From Chrysomallon squamiferum (lineage: Eukaryota; Animalia; Mollusca), in NCBI GenBank assembly GCA_012295275.1, contig CM022676.1, forward strand, positions 7,068,001 through 7,132,000: DNA of 64,000 nt, written 5' to 3'. The position numbers were made by a program, and so were the translations under genes. The notes beneath the pieces are model-generated. The model saw only the letters and a program-made list of their open reading frames with translations, was not told the origin of the DNA and ran no database searches. Positions 34,390 through 45,257 of this stretch are shown one piece after another; position 1 is the stretch's first letter, and the number at the start of each line of letters is the position of its first letter.

Positions 34390-34769
34390 ACTTCAAGTGT
34401 ATGACAATTATATTTTTAATTATTTTATACACAAAATTCCTGCAATCCTTTTCTTAGATATGTCAGTCATGCAAATATATTTAACAAAAAATTATATTAA
34501 ATTCTAAAAAATTTTTTTTCGAATTATTCTGCTAATCATCAGGTCAGTTACTGAGTTAGTGACTTAAACATTTCCGATTACTTCGTTGTAGTATTTCAGT
34601 TTCATCGTCTATCCATGGAATGTTTGTTTAGTTGTTAATTAATCGTAAAGCACAATTCTTTCACATTATTCGTATATCTCCCCCTATTTAATTTCAATCA
34701 AGAAACCTTTCGGCCTGGTCTGTCGCGTCTTTTGCGACGTCTTCCACCTCGGTCCATCGGATCAGACAT
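27598..34769 (-). CDS. SMG9: Nonsense-mediated decay factor SMG9 (P-loop NTPase-like), 12 coding exons, 468 aa
   Basis: Exons (minus): 34769-34707, 34171-34094, 33494-33266, 32735-32641, 31961-31849, 31223-31112, 30743-30648, 30182-30097, 29650-29550, 29004-28897, 28545-28432, 27809-27598 (1407 nt, phases agree). Motifs: LLDQTDFLVVGVLGPQGSGKSTILSLLAG, ERIIYLDTQPVMSAS, EMQSLQLATFLMTVCNVILVTEDWFTD, AEMLKPSTPS, LSEKNWFHYAARMWDVVRKSQLLAEYNRLLP*. Confidence 0.95.
31400..31820. repeat. Intronic degenerate minisatellite, about 30 bp
   Basis: Recurrent (a/t)agtcactatttttattattataatag unit. Confidence 0.7.
33600..33980. repeat. Intronic degenerate tandem repeat, about 95-110 bp, 4 copies
   Basis: catct(a)gttataacagaatct...gatgtattg near 33603, 33716, 33809 and 33902. 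Confidence 0.65.
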
Positions 34770-37219
34770 TTTGCTTATCTCAATATCTGTTGCTACTGAA
34801 GATGGACAGATTTATTTTTTCCTCTTTCGTTTTCATTAATGGAATTATCTCCCCTTGTTCCAGCGCTACCGTAATTAACATAATAAACGCGCCACTTCTT
34901 TATATAAATAAAATAAAGTAAAATAAATAACAAAATAACCGACTTGTGTTCACTAGAAACATTTTGTCACACTTTACTTTTGCAAAACAGTGATCGTTGT
35001 ATTGTTTATATTTACTATTAACATCAATCCTGTCGTCTTGTAAATTATTTAGTATTCAGTAATATTCAGCCTGATATGACAGATATAATATTTTCCTTAA
35101 AAAAATAAATAAATAAATAAATATTTTAAAAAATGCAATAATAATAATATTTAAAATTGAAAGCAAACAAAACAATTATTATTTCTGTTATCTGTTACAT
35201 AGTTTATGCTGTAGATTTTTTACCTCTTGAACAATTTTGATGGAGCAATAGCGTGAATAGGAAACTGCCTGTTAAATACAAGAAGGGCGTTTGAACCTGT
35301 GACCTACTGTTCACAGATAATAATTGTTTTGAGTTACAACTCATATATCTAAAAATTATTTTTTTTAACACATTCTAAAAAAACAAACACCAAAAAACAA
35401 TATAACAAACACACTGTTGTGAAATATTTATTTGACCATATAAGCATTAGATAAAAACATTGTTGTACTAAAAATGTTAAGTACAAGAAAAATATACTGT
35501 TTTTTAATTGTCAATATTAAAACAATATTAAAATGATTTTTCTCAGATATTTGTGTAAATGTGTCATATATACAAAGCTTTTAGTATCTGGAAGAAAAAA
35601 TTATATATATATATGAACAATTTCAAGAGGTTAGTTAAGAATGAAGCAAATGTATTTATATCAAAGCTTAATAAATAAAATAAATTTATGCTGAAAAATG
35701 CTAAAATGGTGTCTACTGATTTCAAATAATACTCTGTAAGTGAGCTACTGATTATTTTCATGTATGTGTGTATATGTAGAAATAAATATATAGAAGAAAG
35801 CTTAAATTACATTCAGTCCATATTTTTCTCTAAATTAAGAATTTAAAACATACCAAAATGATATTAAAATTATATCAAAATAATAATAATATTATGACAC
35901 ATTTCTTACGAATGTTTAACATTACTATTCTATACTAAATAATAATACTGAATCTGGACAAAACCTAACAAAAACATAAGCATAAGCTGGTTTGCATATC
36001 TAATGAACATTTATCACAGAAATGAGCTTTGGTCAAGTTATTTTGACGTCAATTGTAAGTTGCAAATAATGTATATATTAAGTAGCACCAAATGAAAAAA
36101 ACAAATGCGAAGCATGAAAGATATTTAAGATACTTAAATATGCAATAAGAAATTTATTTTGATGTGCTCTTTAATGGTACATACACATGGGGTAGTTTAC
36201 TACTATATGTATAATCTGATGTCATGGACAAAGGGTAAAAAATATCAGCCTTTTCTATATCATTAGATTATTGTTAAAAAATGTTAACAAAATGAAGAGA
36301 AAACAAAAATTACATAAGCCTTTTTCAATTTTGATTTTCTTATTTTATTTTATTTTTTTTAAATAAAAATATGTGATAAAAGCAATAAAAAGCCATTTGT
36401 CATTTAATTAAAATAGACAGCTGATCTTTAAACAGCCCATGGCAGTTTTGTCTACAAATTATATTAAAAACATTGACAAAACAATCTCACATTTGAGAAA
36501 AATTTTAATATAAAATTGTATCAAAAAAATTATTCTGAAGCACTTTTAAACTATTAAGATCTTTTATCTTTCTTACTCAATAACACAAAACATAATGTAC
36601 TATAAAAATATTAATATGAATTATTTCTGTATTCTAAAAAACAAAATACTTTCCAGATGTAAGCACTTTTACCGTATTCAGATCACTTTAGCTTTGAAAA
36701 AAAAATATAATAATAATAATAAAAAATATATATGTATACAATAATAATATAAATAATATATATATATTGTTTATGTCTGTCTATAACAAATAATTCATAT
36801 AAACACTTTGTTTTTTCATGTTCCAAACACGCATAAGTTGTAACCAACAATTAAATTTTTTTTTTTTATATTATAGTGAATTATAATCCACTTTATGTTT
36901 AAGATTTTTTACATGATCCATGAACATAAGTTCCATTTTTGATTGTTATGAAAATACATTGAATTAAAATTTGCACATGAACATTGTTACTATTGTTTTT
37001 TTAAATATTGTTCTACAAAGATATTTGTTCAGACATTGGATTTCATTTCATAATTCTCCTTTTTAAATCAAAGTAATTTATAATTCGAACAAATAATTTT
37101 TTTGTTTTTTTAACCTTTTGTCCAATAAACTTATTTTAAATAAACACTCAATTCATAATTTTCATTTTTGATTATCAAAATAATACAAATTATACACTGT
37201 GGATATACATTTTCTTATC

Positions 37220-37580
37220 AAAATAAAATCCACAGAAACTATTCTTTTTTATATTATCCCACAAATATAATAATTTCTATAATAATATATAATCCACAAA
37301 AATTTTTTTTTTTTTTTACTTATTATCCCACAAACAAACAGTTTCTGTTATAACCCAAAGAAATTTTCTTTTTTTATGTATTATCCCACAAACATAATAA
37401 TGTCTTTTACAATCCACAGCAGTTTTCTTTTTTCTTATAAACCCCACAAATGCATGAAATTTCTGTTACAATTCACAGAACTTTTTTTTTTTTTTTTACA
37501 AACATAAAAGTTTGTTACACTCCACAAAATCTTTCTTCTTTTTTTTACGAATTATCCCACAAACACAAAAGTTTTTGCTT
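37220..37580 (-). repeat. Tandem repeat of about 60 bp, about 6 copies, whose first copy is the last codons and stop of OAF
   Basis: Minus-strand unit c(a)gaaa...tgtttgtgggataat..taaaaaaagaa...tttgtggattgtaa; the first copy encodes QKLLCLWDNS*. Confidence 0.8.
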
Positions 37581-39752
37581 AGCGACATGCTCAAACACCA
37601 TGCACTTTTTACATGTTTTAATGCCACATCGATAGTTTACGACTTTCCCTGTCGAATCTTTGCCCCTGCAGTACTTCAGACCACAGGGATACCAGCCAAC
37701 ACACACTGTGTAATGACAGAGACAGCTTTTAGACGAATCCTGATTAGAGACATCTTTACAGTGCGGATACTTCAATGGATACAGCCTCTTCACCGCAGTC
37801 ATTAATGATGTGTAGTCTTTTCCAAGTGCTGAAAAAAAAAAAATTAATAATAATAATTAGTAAGTAAACAAGTTAAAAAAACAACAACTAGTAAGTGGAG
37901 AAATAAGTTAGAGAGTAAGTAAATATAAAAATAAATAAAAAACATAAAAAAAATTAAATAAATGAATAATTAAATAATTAATAAGTATGTAAGTAAACAA
38001 ATATATTATTTCTTAGTGTTGAAAAAATTACAGATACATATATAGATAGAGATATTTATAGACAGATAGATAGATAAAGTAACAGTAAATAAATAATAAA
38101 CAGATGTGCATTAAATAAATAAACAAAAGAGAAACTGAAAAAATAAATACGTAGACAAATAATAGCAAGTAAATTAATAAATAAATAATAGTAAATAAAT
38201 TAATAATAGAGAATATATAATTTTTTTAAAAGTGAACAACACAAATAATAATAAATCCTAAAAATAAAAAACATCCCAATTCAAAGTCTCTCTGTATGAA
38301 AGTTTTATAAACTGCCACATAAGGATAAAATTATTTACTTACAACGAGAAATGGTTTTAAGGTCATTTTCTTGGAAGTATGTTGTTTCAACAGCATCTTG
38401 ACAAATATTGTAGAGATGGGGACTAATCAGATGACCTTTGTCCAGGTCAATTAATAAATCCTGAATATGCATCTCTGGTCCTTTTTGTTCTTCTGGTGTC
38501 CTAATAGCTGTTGGATTTTTCTGCAACATAATTGTGGAATATACAATTACATCATCTGCTTTATTTTAAATGTTACATATGAAGTTAAAACCGTGCTGCA
38601 CTAAACTGAGACTAACACTAAAAACCCTATCTCTTTCATGACAAAAAAACACAAAAGATAAAAAGAAAAAGAAGAGCAAAAAAAATAAAAAATTGTAAAG
38701 TGGTATATACACATAATACTAAAAGAAAGGTTTAATTATAAATAATCATATTTATAATATGCTAAAAGAAAATTTTAATGACAAAAATTTAAAATACTAA
38801 AAGAAAATTTTAATAATCAAAATTTAAAATACAATTTTTTTTTTTTTTTAATAATTCAATATGCAAAATGCTAAAAGAAAAATTTAATAACTGAAAGAAA
38901 ATTTTAATAATCAAAATGCAAAACACTAAAAGAAAAATTTAATAATTGAAAGAAAATTTTAATAATCAAAATGCAAAACACTAAAAGAAAAATTTAATAA
39001 ATGAAAGAAAATTTTGATAAACAAATTCAAAATGTTAAAACATTAAAAGAAAATTTTAATACTCGAACCTGTCTTAGTTTTGACATAGCATCTGAAGAAA
39101 TGAAATCAGTTTTACTGAAACGAGTTACAAAACACAGAACTTGATGCTGAGTTTGTCCCAGTTCTTCTTCTGCTGGCACATAGGCACGAAATATCTGGGC
39201 CTCCTGAAAAACAATATATACATTATTATAATTCATAATATTTTGGTCAATATATAAACATAAATAAATACTTACATAACGATAAATTAGCAGATTTGAT
39301 TAATAACAGCTATTAATTATCAGTACATACTTCAGTATAATAATGACATGGCTTTTAACAATTGTTACTTGAACTTTCCATGGGCTATTAAATATTATAA
39401 ATAAACGAATTGCATTTCCGTTTTGATTAAATATTAATGGAAATTTATGTCAGTTTACGGATGCTCTATCTCGCAATCACAGATTTTATCAGTTTGTTGT
39501 TATCCAATTTATACAAAAAACAACCAGAATTAATACAAAATTAAAACTTACCGATTTAAAGTCAATAAACTGTGTAATTAAAGTCCCATCAGTGTTCTGA
39601 AATTCAAGAATTAAAGTGTCAGACGATGTATTGGCATGAATTGACTCCACTAGCACGTCACCGCCGTCATCTTTGACATTCACAACTAGCTGACACGAGA
39701 CGCTGTTGTATAATATCGCCAAATTCAAGAATATTAGAATAATTGATATCAT
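37545..39752 (-). CDS. OAF: Out at first protein homolog (secreted, Cys-rich C-terminus), 4 exons, 265 aa
   Basis: Exons (minus): 39752-39552, 39203-39069, 38520-38343, 37828-37545 (798 nt). Signal peptide MISIILIFLNLAILYNSVSC|QLVVNVK; LEFQNTDGTLITQFIDFK; EEELGQ...LCFVTR; FISSDAMSKLRQKNPTAIRTPEE; CVGWYPCGLKYCRGKD...YRCGIKTCKKC...KQKLLCLWD. Confidence 0.95.
38715..39060. repeat. Intronic A-rich minisatellite, about 20-40 bp units
   Basis: Recurrent ctaaaagaaaattttaataatcaaaat running up to the OAF exon 2 donor. Confidence 0.75.
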
Positions 39753-40766
39753 TGTGACCAAGTAATTTTGTTAAATGTTCAACACTAGTTCCAAAAAATA
39801 CTAAGAGCAGCCATTTTGAAAAGATTATATTCTGAGACCCAAATAGCATATTTCAATTGAACACAGTAATATATTATTAAAATCATTGATACATCATAAA
39901 GTAACTATTTTAATTTGTGTTTCAAATAATGACAACTAAATTGTTATTATAAATATTTACTGTCATTTATATATTAACGCTTTATATAAGATTACGAATT
40001 AGTGGATTATATAAAATATATATTCTAATATTTGAACATACGGACAAATCATATATGGTTTTCAGTACATTTTTCTGCACCATTTCACATAGCTGGTCTG
40101 AAATTTTAGTTATAACAAAAGGCTATAATAATTAGTATTCAATGATTTTCAGGCGAAAGGTATATATTTATTAACATTAGTCCAAATAACCAAATGAATA
40201 ATTGTTTCGTTTATTTTTAAATCTTCATTTTATAAAGCACAACTTCGCAGTGTTTACTTAATTTCCTTACTAAACGTCAGGTGAGAATTACATTAACAAA
40301 ATACCATATTGATTACGGTATTTTTAAAAAATTTTTTTAAATTTTAGTGATTTACACATTGAATACTTCTTTCATCGTTATAAGCCATTTTGGATGTGAG
40401 AGAAAATATAAGAGAAAACGTAAATTTCACATTCATTTCAGCAACTATCAACTATCAAGGAAATGAACTTAACAATAACACTAAATCATTAGTAATAACA
40501 GCTGTAGTGTTGTTGTTGCTGATAGTAGTAGTAGTAGTAGTAGTAGTAGGATAAGTAGTAGTAGTAGCAGCAGCAGCAGCAGTAGTTATAGTAGTAATAG
40601 TAGTAGTAATAGTATTTTACATTGTAATATTTCTTCTTTTCATCATCTTCATCGTCTTCTTCTTTGCTACTCCTACTACTAGTAGTACTACTACTTCAGT
40701 TATAAGAGATAATTTTAGTAATTTAAGAATTTGTTTCTTTTTTTTTTCAGATCACCAGATTTTAAC

Positions 40767-42658
40767 ATGGCTGAAAAACAACCATACCCACCACCAGAGG
40801 CTCCACCCCCACCATATGGGGCACCTCCTCCACCTTACCAGGCCCAGGCACCTGGGTATGGAGCCCCCCCATCAAATTATCCAAGTCAGTTACCACCTCA
40901 GCCAGGATCGGTAGGAATAAGTTGATGTTTATGTGTCATTAATATTATTATTAAAACTATCATTATCATAATTATATAGTTATTATTATTATTATTATTA
41001 TTATTATTTATAAATTTGACAAAGTACAGTTAACTCATTTGTTGCAATATAGAAAGGATACAAAGATAACACTGTAAAATAGTTAGATGAAGTATTACAG
41101 ATTAAAATTATCATTATCATTATTATATAGTTTTTTAATTGAATCAGTTATTATTTCAGTACCATTCAGTCCTGTTTCCCCATTTATTATTATATTGACA
41201 CATCCTGGCTTTTCCAGGATTGTTTATAATCATTTTTTATTTTCAATACAGGGAAGGATGGTAAAAAATAATACTATAATTCAGTTAGATGTAGTTCATG
41301 GATTTGTTGAATGGTTTCATTCTCTTGTATAATATAAAGTGTCTCTCTCTCTCTCTCTCTTGAATCAGTTCTCTTCTCTACCATTCAGTCCTCTTTCTCC
41401 CATTGGGGAAAGAAGTGAGTTATTTACAGAGAGAGACAGAGAGAAATTTATGTTATAGAGAGACAGAGAGAGAGAGTTATAATTCAATATTTTTATGAGT
41501 TTGCTGTGTGTTTTATTTTTTTTTTTTTCTCAATTCATAATTTTCAGACAACAGTAATAATAAATCAAGGACCTCCTAGACATGCAGGTCCCCCACCAAA
41601 ACAAGTAAGTAATTTAAACAAAAAATTATGTAAAAATGTTTCAAGTATCAGTTAATCCATTTAAGAGAAGATCAAAAAAAAATGTATTAAAAGAATCATA
41701 CAAGTTTTATTTACATAATAATTTTAAAAATCCTTTTCTTTATAACTTCACTTTATTTACCTTGTAAAAAGGTCATTCACTTTAAGATCAGAAGAAAATT
41801 AAAATAACTTAACATTTCATTAGTATCCTAAAAACTTTGTTTTATTTTATTTTATTATTTTTAAAATTTTTGTTTTTAATTTTAGTTAATTTTATTTGGA
41901 TTTATTTTAATTATTATCATTTAGATAAATAAATTAAAAATATATATATATATATTTATTTAAATTTATTTTTATATTTACTTTTCTATCATTTTTTAAA
42001 TTATTAACATTTATTTTTAAAATTTTATTATTTGTATGTTTTTTTTTTTTTTTTCATAATTTTCATACTTTTAAATATATGTGTTTAATTTAATTTAATT
42101 TAATTTAATTTTATTTTTAATTTAATTTAATTTTATTTTATTTTATTAATTTATTTTATTTTATTTTATTTTATTTTATTTTATTTTATTTTATTTTATT
42201 TTATTTTATTTTATTTTATTTTAATTTAATTTAATTTAATTTAATTTAATTTAATTTTATTTTATTAATTTTATTTCATTTTATTTTATTTTATTTTATT
42301 TTATTTTATTTTATTTTATTTAAGTATTTTTTTTTTAATTTGTTATTTAATTTTTACAGAGAGGATTATTTGGCAGTCTGCTGAAGGAAGTTGACAGTGT
42401 TGCCCACTCACTGACTCACGAGATCAACAGCTTCGTTGGACAGAATACGTCTGGAACTATTCTGGTAAAATTTACATTTCCTTAATTTCTAATAAATATC
42501 TTACCAAGGGTTGTTTCAGTAAAACACTATAAAAAAAAAAAAAAATAAAAAAAAAATGTAATTATTGTTATTGTTATTGTTATTATTATTATTTTTATTA
42601 TTTTTTATTGTTGTTGTTGTTATTATTACTATTATTATTTTCATTATTTTTATTATTT

Positions 42659-42689
<31 letters not shown>

Positions 42690-45257
42690 TATTATTTTCA
42701 TTATTTTTATTATTTTAAAATTTGTTTCTTGTTGCAGAATCAGTTTCAAACTGGAAATGTGATTCAGTTAATTTCAAGAACAAGTGGCAAAAGTCTACAG
42801 GTTGTCGTGGCACCCACCGGTCAGCTTGTGGTGGACGGGGCTGGTCATACAGAAGGGCAGCCACCATTCAACAGTGTGTATTTGTTATTTTAATGTGTGA
42901 GTGTGTGTGTGTGTGTGGGTGTGTGTGTGTGGTGTGTGGGTGGGTGTGTGTTGTTGGGTGTGGATGTGTGTGTGGATGTGTGTGTGTGTGTGTGTGTGTG
43001 TGGGAATGTGTTTGTGGATAGGTGGGGTGGGTGTTTTGGGGACAGGTGGAATATGGGCAGGTATATGTATTTGTGTGTATGCATATGTTTGTGTTTGTGT
43101 GTGTGTGTGCTAGTGTTGGGTGGTGTGGGTGTGCATATGGATGTTCTGGTGCAGATGGATGTGTGTACTGAACATGAACATTTATCTGCTGGCTAATAAA
43201 AAACAAAAGAATAAAAATAATCAAATGTTTTTTTAAATCATTATTTTCAGCTGTTTGGACTGTTGTTAATGAAGGAAAGAATCAGGTTCGTCTCCATAAC
43301 AACAACAACTTCCTGACAGTGATAAATGGACTAACATCATTAATAAATATGGTAAGAGTTACATTATGGATTAAGGAAGTTATCAAAACAGACTTAATTA
43401 AAATATATAATGCAGAATATTAAATGATTACCTACAGATTTTAAGAAAATATAAATAAAATAAATTACAAAATTAGTTTTTGTTTTGGAAAATAGTTTGC
43501 AGATTCTTGTTAAGAAAATTGATTCTAAAATATAAAATGATTACCTTATGATTTTTTCAAAATATATAACTTTAATAATAATAAAAAAACCTGTTCTGGT
43601 TGAATATATAAATATAGACATTATGATACACAGTGATAAGAAGAATCCATTCTAAAATCCTATAAAACACTGCTAGTTAGACACTACTGACTTTCAAAGA
43701 TCCAGTTAGATACAAGTTTAAAACCTAGCTCTAAAACACTGCTATATAAATATAGACATTAGTGATACACAGTGATCCACTTTAATCCATACTTAAAACA
43801 TAGTTATACAATAATGGTATATAAATACAGACATTACTGACATATAAAGATCCACTTAGATCCATGACTAAAATCTAGCTATAAAACACTACTATGTAGA
43901 CACTATTGACATACAAAGATCCAGTTAGATCCATGCTTAAAACCTAGTTATAAAATACTGATATATAAATACAGACACTACTGATAAATAAAGATCCACT
44001 TAGATCCATTCTTAAAACCTAGCTCTGATAATTATGTAAAACCAAAATCTAAAATACGATATAAATACAAACATTACTGAAATATGAAGACTCCACTTGC
44101 ATAGATCCATACTTATATATCTATTTCCTAGCTTTAAATGTTGTTATGTCTTTGCTACATACTTGTGCTGTATAGGATATGCTGTGATATATTTAAATTT
44201 TGACTTACATAGAGTTTAAAAGAATAGTCACATACCTATAATAATATCAATGAAAAAAGGTTAATTTAAATAGCCCAGGTATAAATGACATTCTTAATTG
44301 CAATGCCAGATTATGTGATACTAGCACATTCCATTCTTAGTATGTTGTTTCTGATATGTTGTTGCAGGAAGGCATTGGCCAAATTTCATCATTCTCCTGT
44401 TTTTCCCAATCTACATTCCCACATTGGCTGAACTAACACACTGGGGAATTTCAGTGTTTTTGAGATTTTTAAAGATAATCGTTTTCTTTCATAACCTCCT
44501 GTTTGTTTTAAAGATATGATTTTTTTTCTTCTTTCCCAGCCACCTGGTGCAGTTCATGGCATAGAGACAAAATTTCAACTGCATGTTATATCTGGTCAGT
44601 ATATCATCTTGGAGTCGATGAAAGAGCGTGGACAACACATTGGAATCATGCCCAACGGCAGCCTAAAACCTGCAGCAACTACGGGACGAGAATTAAACTC
44701 ACACTTTGCCATCAAGTTAGTGGTGAGTATGGACATAACATTATGATATTATGTGTATGTTTAATGTATGTTATTATTTTATATTATGCAGTTTATGGTT
44801 AATATATCCTGCTATTTCATATCATATATTTTTGGTTTATAGCTTTATTATTTCATATCACATAATTTACATTTAATGGGTTATTATTTAAATCACATAA
44901 TTTACGTTTAATGTGTTATTATTTAAATCATGTAATTTGCATTTAATGTGTTATTATTCCATGTCGCGTGTATTTTATGTTCAGTATGTTATTATTTCAT
45001 ATCACATAATTTATGTTCAATGTGTTATTATTTCATGTTGTGTCATTTACGTTCATTATGGTATTATTTAAAATATTGAAAATTGTTAAATAGCATTTAA
45101 TTGGTCTATGCTAAGTTTCTAAATATTAAATTACTGCAAACATTTTCTCATTTACATTGATTTTTATTTTTTAATTAACTTATTATTATTATAATTTTTT
45201 TTTTTTCAGTATTCTCCCTACACTGCAGCAGCCCCAGCCCCTCAAGCTAGAAAATGA
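40767..45257 (+). CDS. Uncharacterised 257-aa protein: Pro/Tyr/Gly-rich PPxY N-terminus, amphipathic helix, beta-trefoil-like (FGF/fascin/IL-1 fold) domain
   Basis: Exons: 40767-40910, 41548-41604, 42360-42464, 42738-42873, 43251-43351, 44540-44722, 45210-45257 (774 nt, all GT-AG, phases agree). Translation: MAEKQPYPPPEAPPPPYGAPPPPYQAQAPGYGAPPSNYPSQLPPQPGS TTVIINQGPPRHAGPPPKQ RGLFGSLLKEVDSVAHSLTHEINSFVGQNTSGTIL NQFQTGNVIQLISRTSGKSLQVVVAPTGQLVVDGAGHTEGQPPFN TVWTVVNEGKNQVRLHNNNNFLTVINGLTSLINM PPGAVHGIETKFQLHVISGQYIILESMKERGQHIGIMPNGSLKPAATTGRELNSHFAIKLV YSPYTAAAPAPQARK*. The gene model is well supported; the fold assignment is inferred. A candidate non-coding first-exon donor cag|gtgaga lies at 40280. 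Confidence 0.85.
42085..42322. repeat. (TTTAA)n/(TTTTA)n pentanucleotide microsatellite
   Basis: Directly visible. Confidence 0.9.
43605..44120. repeat. Intronic degenerate tandem repeat, about 60-70 bp unit, about 8 copies
   Basis: Recurrent ataaata(c/t)agacattactga...aaagatccacttagatccat..ttaaaacctag(c/t)tataaaacactg. Confidence 0.8.
44750..45070. repeat. Intronic minisatellite, about 35-40 bp
   Basis: Recurrent tgttattatttcatatcacataattta(c/t)(a/g)tttaatg. Confidence 0.75.

Noticed and set aside
37540-37550. Stop-codon readthrough of OAF as in Drosophila oaf
   Set aside because: The stop is TAA followed by A, and another in-frame stop follows within about 10 codons.
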